Below, piece by piece: positions 49,250 through 61,717 of a stretch of 64,000 nt of DNA (position 1 is its first letter; the number at the start of each line of letters is the position of its first letter). The translations under genes and the position numbers were made by a program. Source of the DNA: Felis catus (lineage: Eukaryota); assembly GCF_018350175.1 (NCBI RefSeq), contig NC_058368.1, positions 78,742,001 to 78,806,000 on the forward strand. Reading direction: 5' to 3'. The notes below the pieces were generated by a model. That model did no database searches. It was not told the DNA's origin and worked only from the letters and a program-made list of their open reading frames with translations.

Positions 49250-51130
49250 AACACAAAGGGAAACCCTGTTATTATTGACTACAACAAAAATTAAAGTGAA
49301 CATTTATGCATCAAACAAGAGCAGAATTAAGAGGCAGATAATAAACCAGGAATAATGCTTACACTGGCTCTTCCAAAGTGTTGATATTTCTCAAATATGC
49401 AGTGTTCATAGAAATGAATGAAAAAGATGACCCTCTCTCAGTAGTGAAACAAGTAAGAGAGTCATTTCACTAAAGGAAATACAACTATCCTGTAAATATA
49501 TTAAAAGAGACCCATTGTTAGAAGTTGAGTACACTGGAATTATTTATAGTTGTTTTAGAAATTAACAGCAAAGACCAGAAAGCTAAGTAAGAATCTGCAC
49601 ACACAGGTCTATGTGCATGGTCTATGCACATAGGGACTGTGCACACATGGGGTCTGTGCACACACAGATCTATGCACACACAGGTCTGTGCACACAGGGT
49701 CTGTGCATACACAGGTCTGTGCACACACAGGTCTATGCACACACAGGCCTATGTACATGGGGTCTGCACACACACAGGTCTATGCACACAGGGTCTGTGC
49801 ACACGCGGTCTGTGCACACACATGTCTATGCACACACAGGCCTATGTACATGGGGTCTGCACACACACAGGTCTATGCACACAGGGTCTGTGCACACGCG
49901 GTCTGTGCACACACATGTCTATGCACACACAGGCCTATGTACATGGGGTCTGCACACACACAGGTCTATGCACACACAGGTCTATGCACACAGGGTCTGT
50001 GCACACACGGTCTGTGCACACACATGTCTATGCACACGGTCTATGCACATAAGGACTGTGCACACATGAGGCCTGTGCACACATGAGGCCTGTGCACACA
50101 CAGGCCTATGTACACGGGGTCTGCACACACACAGGTCTGTGCACACACAGGTCTATGCACACACAGGTCTGTGCAAACACAGGTCTATGCACACGCAGGT
50201 CTAAGTACATGGGGTCTGCACACACACAGGTCTATGCACATAGGGTCTATGCACACACAGGTCTATGCACACAGGGTCTGTGCACACAGGGTCTGTGTAC
50301 ACACAGGTCTGTGCACACACAGGTCTATGCATACGTAGGTCTATGTACACGGGGTCTGCACACACACAGGTCTATGCACATAGAGTCTGTGCACACACAG
50401 GTCTGTTCACACACAGGTCTATGCACACACAGGCCACTGTACACGGGGTCTGCACCCACACAGGTCTATGCACATAGGGTCTATGCACACACAGGTTTGT
50501 GCACACAGGGGCTGTGCACACACAGGTTTGTGCACACAGGTCTATGCACACACAGGTCTGTGCACACAGGGTCTGCACACACAGGTCTATGCTCATAGGG
50601 TCTATGCACACACAGGTCTATGCACACAGGGGCTGTGCACACATAGGTCTGTGCACCCACAGGTCTGTGCACACACAGGTCTATGCACATGCAGGTCTAT
50701 GCACATGCAGGTCTATGTACTCAGAGTCTGCACACACACAGATCTATGCACATAAGGTCTATGCACACACAGGTCTATGCACACAGGGTCTGTGCACACA
50801 CAGGTCTATGCACACACAGGTCTGTGCACACAGGGTCTGTGCACACAGAAAGCTGAGTCCTTGCCTACAGCCCTGGTTGGGCTGTGAGTTGGCACCAACA
50901 TTCTGGAACTCAGTGTGGCATCCTACAGAAATAACTTGAAAAAACGTTCATTGTTTTAGAATCCCAATTCTATTTCTGGGAATGTGTCAGAAGGAAATGG
51001 TCAGAGATGCAAACATAGTGATTATCAACAGAACAATCTTGTATAAGATCAGAAGTGTGGCAAATACAGAAATGCCCGCTAATTAGGGATTGGTCAGGCG
51101 GATTATATGCTCCAGGTGACAGCGCACTGT
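49250..51130 (+). mobile_element. Very old L1 (L1ME-like) ORF2 3' relic, split by the minisatellite
   Basis: A-rich degenerate L1 motifs before the array (attgactacaacaaaaattaaa...aagaggcagataataaacc...catttcactaaaggaaatacaact) and after it (ttggcaccaacattctggaa...caattctatttctgggaat). Confidence 0.5.
49594..50848. repeat. Minisatellite/VNTR, about 80 units of 15-16 bp, consensus GGTCT(A/G)TGCACACACA
   Basis: Directly visible. A 93-bp higher-order repeat starts at 49744, 49837 and 49930. Confidence 0.98.
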
Positions 51131-52506
51131 GCTTTCCTGAAGAGCAGTCTGTTAGAAGAGTAATTTCCAACTTGCCATAATTTTCCAAGGCCGTCCTTTT
51201 CCAGTCGTCCTGCCAAGAGGCTGTTGCCAGTTGTCAACCGAAACAACAACCACCTCTGTGTCTCTCTCTCTCTCCTAAGACCCCATATAATAGCGGGAGA
51301 GGAGTATTCTGAGATGCCACGGTGGTAAACACTTTCACATTTTGGCACCTGATGGCTTCCAGCAATAGCGGCAAGGTAGGGGTATAACTTCCATTTCAGA
51401 AAATAGCCATTGTTTACACTCTAACTTAATGATGAGAGTGTCCCTGTAGGGTCTGTAGGCTTGCTTATGGATTCAGAACTTGGTTGCCAGGAGAATCGAG
51501 GTAAAGGCTCTAAGCTCTTGATATTTTACGATGATGAATTTTTAAAATTCTGTTATCTCTTGTGATGGTGTCAAAGTATTCAAAGTCAGGGTTTTTTACT
51601 TCCATTTTGAGATTGCCTAGGATTAAATTTGTCTGTCTCCAGAGAGGTCACTGGGAGCTCATGCTTTGGATAGTGTTTCTGCCGAGTGAACCAAGACTTT
51701 CCTTCTAGTCTTTTCCTTGAGAGCAGTGCCTGACGTGACAGGCTGAGAGCTGGGCTGAGTTTGAGATGGCAGAACCCAGTTTTGCTGAGTCGAAAGCAGA
51801 TCTACTCGTAAGCAGTTCATCCTGTGAACTTGACATCGTTAGTATCAGGTGCTGACCAACAAATGGACAGTTCTTGGTGCATTTTATATTAAAAATGAAA
51901 AGCTTCTGAGATCCAGATCTTAGTGCACATAGTTCAGAGTAACCTTCGAATTAACTGATTATTCAATAATGTAGAATAAATTTAGGGGCAGGTGAAAGAT
52001 TGATATTTTTTGGAGAACAAATATATAAAATTATGTTTCTCTAAAATACCTGTGGATATTTTATTTGGGGGACTGTTAGAATATTAATGAGGTAAGTTCT
52101 ATATGTAATAAAGTATGGGAAGATTGATGTGAAATGTGATGTCTTAATGTTCATGCTTTAAATTGGATGGATATATTTGCTCTTTTGGTACAGTCAAGTA
52201 CAAGAAATAAGCATATAACTACATACTGTACATTAAAGAGCATAACTAGGACCAGAGGTAGAAAAGCAAATGTTTTTGCAATATATATGTACATATATTT
52301 AATAAGTCCTTTTGACTTTATTGCAATTTTGTCTTTGTAATAAAAACAGCTATAAAATCCCATGATACAAAAACAGGAAGAACTCATTGTTTTTACTACT
52401 TTTATACTACTTTTATTTTTCCTTTCCTCATAGTTCCTTAATATTACGTTCAGGAAATCAGTCACGTGGTTACTTAATAACCTCATTTAAATTGAGAACC
52501 AGTTTA

Positions 52507-52686
52507 AGTCAGTTGAGCATCTGACTTTGACTGAGGTCATGATCTCGCGGTTTGTGAGTTCAAGCCCTGTGTCCGGCTCTGTGATGACAGCTTAGAGCCT
52601 GCTTCAGATCCTCTGACCCTCTCTCTCTCTGCACCCTCCCTGCTCAATCTCTCTCTCTCAAAAATAAAAATAACATTAAAAAAAGA
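52507..52686 (+). mobile_element. Can-SINE, 5'-truncated
   Basis: Begins at gtcagttgagcatctgact; has B box, CT stretch and A tail. Confidence 0.88.
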
Positions 52687-52689
52687 ATT

Positions 52690-52893
52690 GGGGGCGCCTG
52701 GGTGGTTCAGTTCATTATTCCAACTTCCACTCAGGTCATGATCTCACGGTTCGTGCGTTCGAGCCTCGTATCGGGCTCTGTGCTGACAGCTCGGAGCCTG
52801 AAGCCTGCTTCGGATTCTGTGTCTCCTTCTCTCTCTGCCCCTCCCCCACTTGTGCTCTGTCTCTATCAAAAATAAGTAATAAAAAAAAATAAA
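52690..52893 (+). mobile_element. Can-SINE directly following the previous SINE's tail
   Basis: ggggcgcctgggtggttcag...gttcgagcc...aaaataagtaataaaaaaaa. Confidence 0.92.
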
Positions 52894-53163
52894 AGTATTC
52901 AGATTATAGTAGAAGGCGACACTAAAAGGGGAAATGGGAATTATATGAAAAAGCGCACATTGTCCGGATCAGAAGGTGAAGAATAAATAACTCACCTGTA
53001 AGCCTTTTTGCAAAGAAGGATGATGTCCGCTAATACCAAGTAAATAAAACCGCATGTGTGTTCTTTTTTAAAAGGTATTTTGGATCTAGTATTTTATTAG
53101 CTCTCTTCAAGCCACTGAATAAATTGTTTTGATGTCATTGCTTTTTTTTTTAAAGTGGCATAA

Positions 53164-53316
<153 letters not shown>

Positions 53317-54869
53317 TGATTTCCTAAATTACTTTGAAAAAACCTATAATTAATGTATCATTTCTTATGTAATTTTTTCATTTCAAATTGTGTACTACGC
53401 ATGTGACTTTTAATGGCATCATATTAGGAAACGAATAGTTTTACGGTTCAAAGAAAACATCGTCTTTTGGAAACATACATAAAGCATACATTCTCGGGAT
53501 TCTGCGTGTTGTAGTCAAAACTGTTGGATAAATGATGCACGATTGTAAACATTTTGCATAGAGTGGACTTGTTATTTTCTTAACATTTCATAGTCCTTTT
53601 AATAGCTCACAGTTTCATGAATCATTAAAAATTCTATTTGTTCTCTACAGTTAGAAGTACAGCAAATTTGCATTTTGGTTTTTATTTTTCATATAAATTA
53701 CATTTCATCTTAATGAATGAAGAAAGACTATCAGATATTTTTTCTTTGAATTGATTTTTGGCTACAGCTAATACAACCTGAGTCACTAGTGCACAAATTA
53801 CTTTCTCACCAGGTACCATTATATCATGAAGCAAACTGACTTTTAAATGATTTATGTGGGTGAATATGACAGCAGTGTTCATAATAATATCAAAATCTGT
53901 TTATAAAATACGCCATATTTTGTGTTAGAAAAAGCCTGAGTACTACTCTTTGGGAAGATAATTCAATTTTACATAAATAGGGAAGTTGAGGTTAAACTTG
54001 TTGATTCCCAAACATTGGTCTAGGGTGACAGTCACACCCCTTAAGTTAAGTTCATACCAAGTTGAGTCTCTTAGATCCTAAAGGGTATGAAAAATAGCGA
54101 TCATAAAATTTGAGTACTGCAGTTATTGAAATAATGGAAAACATTTGCATTTCAATCATTTTAGAAAAAGCACATTGCTTAGGGAAAGTCTTTCAAATTA
54201 ATGAAAACATCATTTGCTTTGACAACATTTTCTGTATGAAAAGGTTCATTCATTGAATAAATATTTCTAACAGGCTATTTATTAAGTACTTCAAACTGTG
54301 CTTTTAGCAAGTGAATGTTCGTGTAAATAAATGGATAGATTAAGGGACCCGAGGCTGTAGATGGTGAAGCCATTGGGCCCAGGGGCCCCAGGTCCCCTAG
54401 ATCCCCCTGTAGATCATAGGAGCACTGGGGGATCAATAACCTCAGTACACCATGAATACACCCGTGCTTCATTTCTAGCACTGTGGCACACTGGAAAACG
54501 CTGGGTGAGAGGTTTTGTCTTTAGTAAAACGTAGAGAAGCGAACATATAAGCAAGTGCTATTCCCTAGAACACTACCTGTTGCTCTGAGCTGAAGAAATG
54601 GTAATCAGTGAATTATCAAAACGTGCTTATCGTAGTCAGGGATCCCTCTGGAAGGAGCTAAATCCAGAAGTGAGGGATTGATAGCTTGGTAAAATGTAAC
54701 AGAATGCTACCACAACTTAATTAATTAAGGCTTTCATTTTACCCAATTTTTCAACTTTTCTGATTGGACATTTAGATCAGGTATCATTTCAAGGAATAAT
54801 AAATTGTTTTCCTTCAGCTGCTTTTATTGGATAATGTACTCTGGGGCAATAGGACTAGATTTAACAAGT

Positions 54870-54871
<2 letters not shown>

Positions 54872-54913
<42 letters not shown>

Positions 54914-55077
54914 AGTTTCTTTATTTAGAGAGCGAGCAAGTGGGGGAGGGGCAGAGAGACTGAGAGAGAAAATGAATCCCAAGCAGGCTCCCTGCTGTCG
55001 GCACAGGGCTCAATCTCAGGAAACACGTGTTGAAAACAAGAGTCAGATGCTTCGCCTACTGAGCCACCCAGGTGCCC
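54872..55077 (-). mobile_element. Can-SINE with (TTTA)n tail
   Basis: Degenerate TSD (ttaacaagttt / ttagcaagttt). Confidence 0.88.
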
Positions 55078-55229
55078 AATTAGCAAGTTTTTTTCTTAAA
55101 GACATGCCTCGGACTAACTACATCGCCTCTTCTGTTATTGGACATTTAAATTGTTTTTATCAGAACCCAGTGTGTGGTTTTTGTTTTACTTCATTGTGGG
55201 TCAAATGAAATATTTGGTAGGAGTTGGGG

Positions 55230-56140
55230 TATTTTATTTGTTATTGTATTTCTCAGTTCTGTGATTTCCATTTGGCTTTTTTTTTTCATTGTAACTTCCG
55301 TGTCTTTGATGGACTTCAATTTGTTTCAAGAGGATTTGTAGTTGCCTGTTGAAGCATTCTTAGGAGAGCTGCCTTGCCATCATCATCAGATGGTTCCCAC
55401 ACCATCCACCTTGCTCTTGTTGCCAATTCATCATCTTGTCTCTTTCAAGTTGTGATGTCCTGATCTTGGCATGGTGAGGGGTTTTTAATTGCATTTTGGA
55501 CACTTCAGCTATTATGTTAGGAGAATCTTGGTCCTACGTAAATCTTCTGTTTTAGTCAGCCTGTTTAAGTTCAGCCTGCAAGGCCTGGTCTACTTGAGTG
55601 GGTTGTGGTTCCAGTTCCAGTTTCATTTTCAGACCCCTTGAGTTGTCATTTTAGTCCACTTGGCTTATCTGATGCCCCTGGTGTTCTCACTGCTTTCTTC
55701 TAATTCTCCCAAAGGGTGGAAGAGGTTTTCCCAAGCCAGGCTACCTCATGTCTCTGGGTGAGGTAGGTGGATGTCCACAGGGACAGAAGACTTTCAGGAC
55801 TGGGGGCCTGTTGGGGCATTCTCCCTCTTGCAGGCACCCCCTCCCAGCTGTGTTTGCCTCTCGTTGGGGAGGGGAGTCTCAGCAGGTTGGAAGAAAAAGT
55901 GCTTGATCTGACACTACATGTTAGCAGATCATGGTTCTGGACTCACCTGCTGTTGCTGGAGGGACACATTTGGAATGTGGGAGGGATGCATCTACCCAGG
56001 CCCCTCTCTGTCCCTAAGTCGGGCTGGGAAACACTGGGTCTGGGCTAGCCTTCGGTTACCTGGGATTCCTCCCTTCCGCAGGCCCTGAGCCAGTTTTCCT
56101 GTCTCCTTGCCTATTCAGACCTCTTCCTGGGTTGCTTGTT
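55230..56140 (-). mobile_element. Ancient L1 5'/ORF1-region relic, antisense
   Basis: ttattgtatttctcagttctgtgatttccatttggc...tttgtttcaagaggatttgtagttgcctgttgaagcatt...attgcattttggacact. Boundaries approximate. Confidence 0.5.
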
Positions 56141-56156
56141 ATTTCCAGGGGTTATT

Positions 56157-56186
56157 TTTTTAAAATTTTTTAATGTTTATTTATCT

Positions 56187-56232
<46 letters not shown>

Positions 56233-56343
56233 CCCAAGCATACTCCACACTGTCAGCACGGGAGCCCCCATGAATTGTGAGATCATGATGTGAGCCTAAA
56301 TCAAGAGTCGGATGCTCAACTGACTGGGCCACCCAGGCGCCCC
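56157..56343 (-). mobile_element. Can-SINE with long (GA)n
   Basis: TSD CCAGGGGTTATT (56145-56156 and 56346-56357). Confidence 0.92.
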
Positions 56344-56402
56344 TCCCAGGGGTTATTGTAATTGGCAGGGAGGATGTGGAAGAAACCAGGCTAAGTTGGT
56401 AT

Positions 56403-56447
56403 TTTTTTAAATCTTTTTTGCAGTCTTTTTTTTTAAAGTTTATTGAT

Positions 56448-56490
<43 letters not shown>

Positions 56491-56643
56491 CAGTGAGAAA
56501 GAAACAGAGAGAGAATCCCAGGCAGGCTCCACAGTGTCTGCAGGAAGCCTGATGTGGGGCTTGAATTCATGGAACTGTGAGACCACGACCAGAGCTGAAA
56601 CCAGGCATCAAGCACTTAACCGACTGAGCCACCCAGGTGCCCC
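56403..56643 (-). mobile_element. Can-SINE
   Basis: TSD TAAGTTGGTAT (56392-56402 and 56644-56654). Confidence 0.92.
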
Positions 56644-57074
56644 TAAGTTGGTATGTTTTAAAGTGATGAAGAAGTTAATTTATGATTGTTTTCACATGAA
56701 ACTCATCTGTGGGCAGAAGAGAAATTAAGGTGCATTTGTATAACTTCCATTATAAGGTGTCTGTGGGAATCTTTGGTTCTACATGTTGAGTATGTCTCAA
56801 TGTGACCAATTTCTGACTCCAAGATCTATTTGGTAAGAACATCTAGACATTTCTGTTCCACTTCCTGGAAGCTATATGATTAAAGCAGAAAGAATGCGTA
56901 GCTTTCAGAAATTATATCCCTCAGGCAATCAGATGTAGCTCCTGATACTTTTCTCAGTTATGGGCCTGCAATTTCAGAGGCCAAGAGTTTGTATGAAAAT
57001 AAGGAACTGACATTTCAGGGGTTCATGGGAAACCCTCCACTGCAGAAAGGGGAAAGTTCTGCCCAAGAAACTCC

Positions 57075-57290
57075 TTTTTTAAAAAAATTTTTTAATGTCC
57101 TTATTTATTTTTGAGAGAGAGAGCATGAGCAGGGGAGGGGCAGAGAGAGAGGGAGACACAGAATCCGAAGCAGGCTCCAGGCTCCGAGCTGTCAGCCCAG
57201 AGCCCGATGCGGGACTCGAACTCCCGGACTGTGAGATCGTGACCTGAGCCGAAGTCGGACGCCCAACCGACTGAGCCACCCAGGCACCCC
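57075..57290 (-). mobile_element. Can-SINE
   Basis: TSD CCAAGAAACT on both sides; CpG-rich body. Confidence 0.94.
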
Positions 57291-58601
57291 CCAAGAAACT
57301 ACATTTTTAAAGGGCCTACAATTAAGCTTTATTTGATGGTAAGGTGGTAAAAAACAGGATAAGAGTCAGATAAAATTTGTATCATGGAGAAAGACATGTT
57401 TTCTATAACCTTGATACAAGACTAGTGAATATATTAAACTGATAAAACAGGTTGGCCATGTGGTAAGCAGATTGGCATTTGGTTTTAGTAATTGAAAGTA
57501 GATTCTTTTAAATGTTAATTTACACAGTTACCTTTAACAAAAAGAAATAATGGCTAACAGATATACCATTTGGTATATATCAACGTATATACAAAATAAT
57601 GATTAACCTATATACATATGTTCGGTATAAGATACATAGCATGATACCTTGTGTGCCTTGGTGATTTAAGAAACACAAGCCCGGCACAATTACCGCTGCC
57701 TTCATAAAGCTTGCCAGTGATTCCTGTCACACGCAAGCTGTAAGATAACAGGATGGCTGGCGAATAAGGCAGGGAGAGTTCATGGGTATTAGTACTCTCA
57801 CCCCATTATCTGCCATATTTGAACAATTTGTCAAACTTTGGGTTTTCTGAGTCTTTGTTTTCAGCCTAGAGAAACAGTTACGAACTTAATGTGGGAAATA
57901 TGATTCAAAGCTACATTTCCTTTGCAAGATGCAGAGTAATTCAGCTTGATGTTTTTATTCCTACTTCTCCGGTGCCCCAGTGATTTTCCCAACACTCGTC
58001 ATTTACTAGTGATAAATGAATGGAGAAACAGTTTCCAATTGCTCAATTTATTCTTTCAAAACCAGCTGAAAAATATTTGACCCCAACTTTTAAAAAAAGA
58101 TGTATATATTTTTTGTTCTTGCCTGTATTTCCTGGATACTTCCCTGCACAAGCACCTATATTTCATTCTTCCCATCCAAGCGATTAAGCCAGTTTTGTTC
58201 TGAGGACTCCCATGGCCTCCTGCCTGGCTCTGAACCCAGCTCATCCACTCACTGGCTGTGTGAACATAACAAGCCTCACTAATTTTTCCTCCATAGAGTC
58301 TGGCCCCAACGTCTTCAATCAATGGCAACCATCAACCTCAGTTAAAACGGGGATTTTTCTGTAGCTCAGGAGATTCTGGGGAATGGCAGAGGCAAATGCA
58401 TGAGACAGCATTTGGGGTGTGTCCTAGTCAATTGATTCAGTTGCTAAATTTGTACAGACAAACATCCGACATAAAGGTTTCCAGAATTGCCCAGTTATAG
58501 TCTTCAAATGAGGCAGGTTTAAAAAGTAATGTGACATTTATCCTCAGCTTCTCTAGAAAATGACCAGTCATTAATTCACTATTTTCTAAACCCTTGCACA
58601 T

Positions 58602-58622
58602 TTCAGCACCAAGGATAGATCT
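58602..58622 (+). promoter_or_regulatory. Candidate REST/NRSF binding site (RE1/NRSE)
   Basis: TTCAGCACC-AA-GGATAG versus consensus TTCAGCACC-nn-GGACAG: correct 2-nt spacing and one core mismatch, but the 3' GCC tail is absent. Confidence 0.35.
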
Positions 58623-58852
58623 AAAGATCCTAGGTGGCTTTTCCATTTTGCTCCCTTATACCTATCCAGGTGGGGTCTCCACCCAAATGTAAGCTCCAAG
58701 CAGTGAAGACTTTTGCTTGCCCTCCATGCTATCTCTGTGTCCAGCAGACTAACCCAAGGAATTGAAAGACAGATCAATCAACCAAGAACTTGAAGCAAAG
58801 CACTAACACTCAGAGGCAGAGGGGGGCTTTTCTGTTAGAATGCATGACATCA

Positions 58853-59078
58853 GGGGCGCCTGGGTGGCGCAGTCGGTTAAGCGTCCGACTTCAGCCAGGT
58901 CACGATCTCACGGTCCGTGAGTTCGAGCCCCGCGTCAGGCTCTGGGCTGATGGCTCGTAGCCTGGAGCCTGTTTCCGATTCTGTGTCTCCCTCTCTCTCT
59001 GCCCCTCCCCCATTCATGCTCTGTCTCTCTCTGTCCCAAAAACAAATAAACGTTGAAAAAAAAATTAAAAAAAAAAAA
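58853..59078 (+). mobile_element. Young felid SINEC_Fc-type SINE
   Basis: ggggcgcctgggtggcgcagtcggttaagcgtccgacttcagccaggtcacg. Perfect 16-bp TSD AGAATGCATGACATCA (58837-58852 and 59079-59094); long A tail. Confidence 0.97.
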
Positions 59079-59552
59079 AGAATGCATGACATCAAAACCA
59101 AAATGTGTGTTGATTCAGACTAGAGAGAAAAAAAAACAACAACTAAGAGATTTATATTAATAGATTTTGGATAAATTGTGTTTCTTTTATTTTGTCAAGA
59201 AAATACCGTACAATATAGAGGATTATATTTAAAATTTGTTCATCTGTAAAAATACCACTTAATATTCATTTTGGAGATAATATTTTAGAAATAGGTTTTA
59301 TTTGAATATCAAGTTATGTGTATGGGAGATTTAGAACTCTAAAGGAATTTACTGTAAATATATATCCATTCAGGAAAAGAAAAAAGCTTTAGAAATGCTA
59401 ACATTTTTAAAGACTGATGGCATTTTTAGAGACATTCATAGCACTTTCACTTTCTTATAAATACCTTACAAATATAAATACCTTTATGGAGAAGGTAACT
59501 CATAATTTGTAACAGTTTTTCTTATTGAAATTTATACTGGGATGGGATATAT

Positions 59553-59765
59553 TAAAAAAAATTTTTTTAATGTTTATTTCCTTTTGAGACAGAGAAAGAG
59601 TGTGAATGGGGGAGGGTCAGAGAGAGGGAGACACAGAATCTGAAGCAGGCTCCAGGCTCCGAGCTGTCAGCACAGAGCCCAATGTGGGGCTCGAACTCAC
59701 AGAGTGTGAGATCACGACCTGAGCCAAAGTCGGATGCTTAACCGACTGAGCCACCCAGGCACCCC
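59553..59765 (-). mobile_element. Can-SINE
   Basis: TSD TGGGATGG(G/C)ATATAT (59538-59552 and 59766-59780). Confidence 0.95.
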
Positions 59766-61678
59766 TGGGATGGCATATATATTTTAAAACTCCCCTTTAT
59801 ATGAACTTTCCAGTGAGAAAAAAAGAGATGGCTTGTTCTTGTCTAAAACTGGGAACTGAATCGTTTATGTGACTGATGTCTTTTGGTTTTATAGTTCTTT
59901 TACGAGTCGTACATAAAGTAAAATTTGATTCTAGCCTTGATGTATTTTTAGTGCCCACAGTAGGATTGGTGATGCTACAGCAAATCATCAGAAAGTAACC
60001 GCACAAATGCTACATCCTAAATATCCTTCCCTTCCAAAGTACTTTGTATCACACAGCCTGTGTATATTGATGTTCAAAGGAGTCATTTGTATTGCCAGAA
60101 ACATTTTTTTCCCCAGGTTCATAAGAATTAAGAGATTCTCAGAGAGTTTTGTTTTTGTTGTGTTTGTTTTTCAGATATTTCTTCTTTGCTGTGGGAAAAC
60201 ATAAAGTCACTCCCTGGTTTTCCTCCCACCCCTCTGAGCACTCAGTATTGACAGGCTCAGTGCTCTGTGCAGGCTATATAAAGACATGTTTATACGTCTT
60301 TAGGGAATCTCCTCACCTGAAGCTCCCAGTGCTCTACCTGTCTATGGCTCCCCAGACTGCCTTGTTTCCCTCTCACTGTGCAGACCCCCCAAGGACCAGT
60401 GCCCACTGGGTAATCTCTACCAACCTGCCCTCCACCTCCACTCATATGGGAAGGGAATCATCAGCTCCTTTCTCTAGCCCCAATGAGTTGCTCTCTCTAT
60501 GGGTCATCATTTATTGACCACAAAACTGGGCATCATCCTTCCTCCCCCCGCCCCCGTCTCTGGTGCCTAATAAACCCGAGTCCATGAGTTCCCACCTGGG
60601 AATGGTGTGAGGCTATGTGAGATGTAACCACTGCCCCCACCCTGTCCAGGAGCAGTATCCTTATTCGGGGCCTGACCCACCAGCCCACCAGCACTGTCCC
60701 ACCCCTTCTGCACATGTAAGCCTTGTCAAGGCAGGTATCATCCAGTGTCAGCACATAGCATCCTTTGCTGTGCCGGGACAGGAAACACCACTCCACAGTG
60801 CACTTTGCAAGCCCCTGTGCCTGGGAGTCCGCTTTGTTCTCCGGCTTCATTCCCCAGCCTCCCCCACCAGGTTGGAACAGGTGACCATACCCAACCACTT
60901 CCAGTTTCTGAAACATGCCACCATGTGCATCCTCTCATGTTCTTTGCTTTTCCTGAGATTGTTAAGTGGTTCTGTCTTACTGACATGGTAGACCATGAGG
61001 AGATGATGCTTCAGTGGCTGCATTGGCTGTGGCACCCCTATCTCTGAACCATGTCACTTACCATGGCGGGTTGCATCTGTCCCCACTGCCCTCCGGTGCC
61101 TAATGCATGCCAGCAGGGTGGGCAGACAGCGATGTTTCTCATCAGCACAGGGTCTGACCCAGAACGCGCAGTTCTGCCCACAAATGAGGGGGCCCGCAAT
61201 GGTCCTCGGGTGGCAGGTGCTTGTCCTTCCAGCGCTCTGTGTGTGCACCTGCGCAGCAGGCTGCGGGAGGGATGCCCTGGGGGCAGCAAGGACCGGGCGC
61301 ACACATCTGTGATGGGCACCCAAGGAAAACAGCACACGGGCAAAGGGAGTCCAGCCAGGGGCAGATGGCATGGGCAACACCTGTGGGGTAGCATAGGCAT
61401 TAATCGAGGAGCAGGACCAGGAAGGTCATGGGGCAAGGAGGCTGCCACATGGGGGGAGAAGGTACCTACTCGGGAAGGATGCGCAGATAACTGGAGCAGT
61501 TGGAGAGCTTGTGTTCTGAAGGACGGACACAGGATCTGTGCTTCATGTGAAATCGTAGCGGGACCACACATGGCGGGGGGCGGGGGGCAACCATTTATTA
61601 GCTGGTTTTGTATGTTGGATCTGAAATCCTCCAGGGGATTCTGAGTGGGAGGCAATGGCTCATTACAGTGTGGAGCAG

Positions 61679-61717
61679 ACACCAGTGAGGTACACCAGTG
61701 AGGAGACACCAGTGAGG
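61679..61717. repeat. Short tandem repeat, 3 x ACACCAGTGAGG
   Basis: Copies at 61679, 61692 and 61706. Confidence 0.9.

Noticed and set aside
49518..50939. His/Cys/Thr-rich ORFs resembling a metal-binding protein; CRISPR-like regular spacing
   Set aside because: The ORFs occur in all frames because the unit lacks stops. Units are contiguous with no unique spacers, there are no cas genes, and the context is mammalian.
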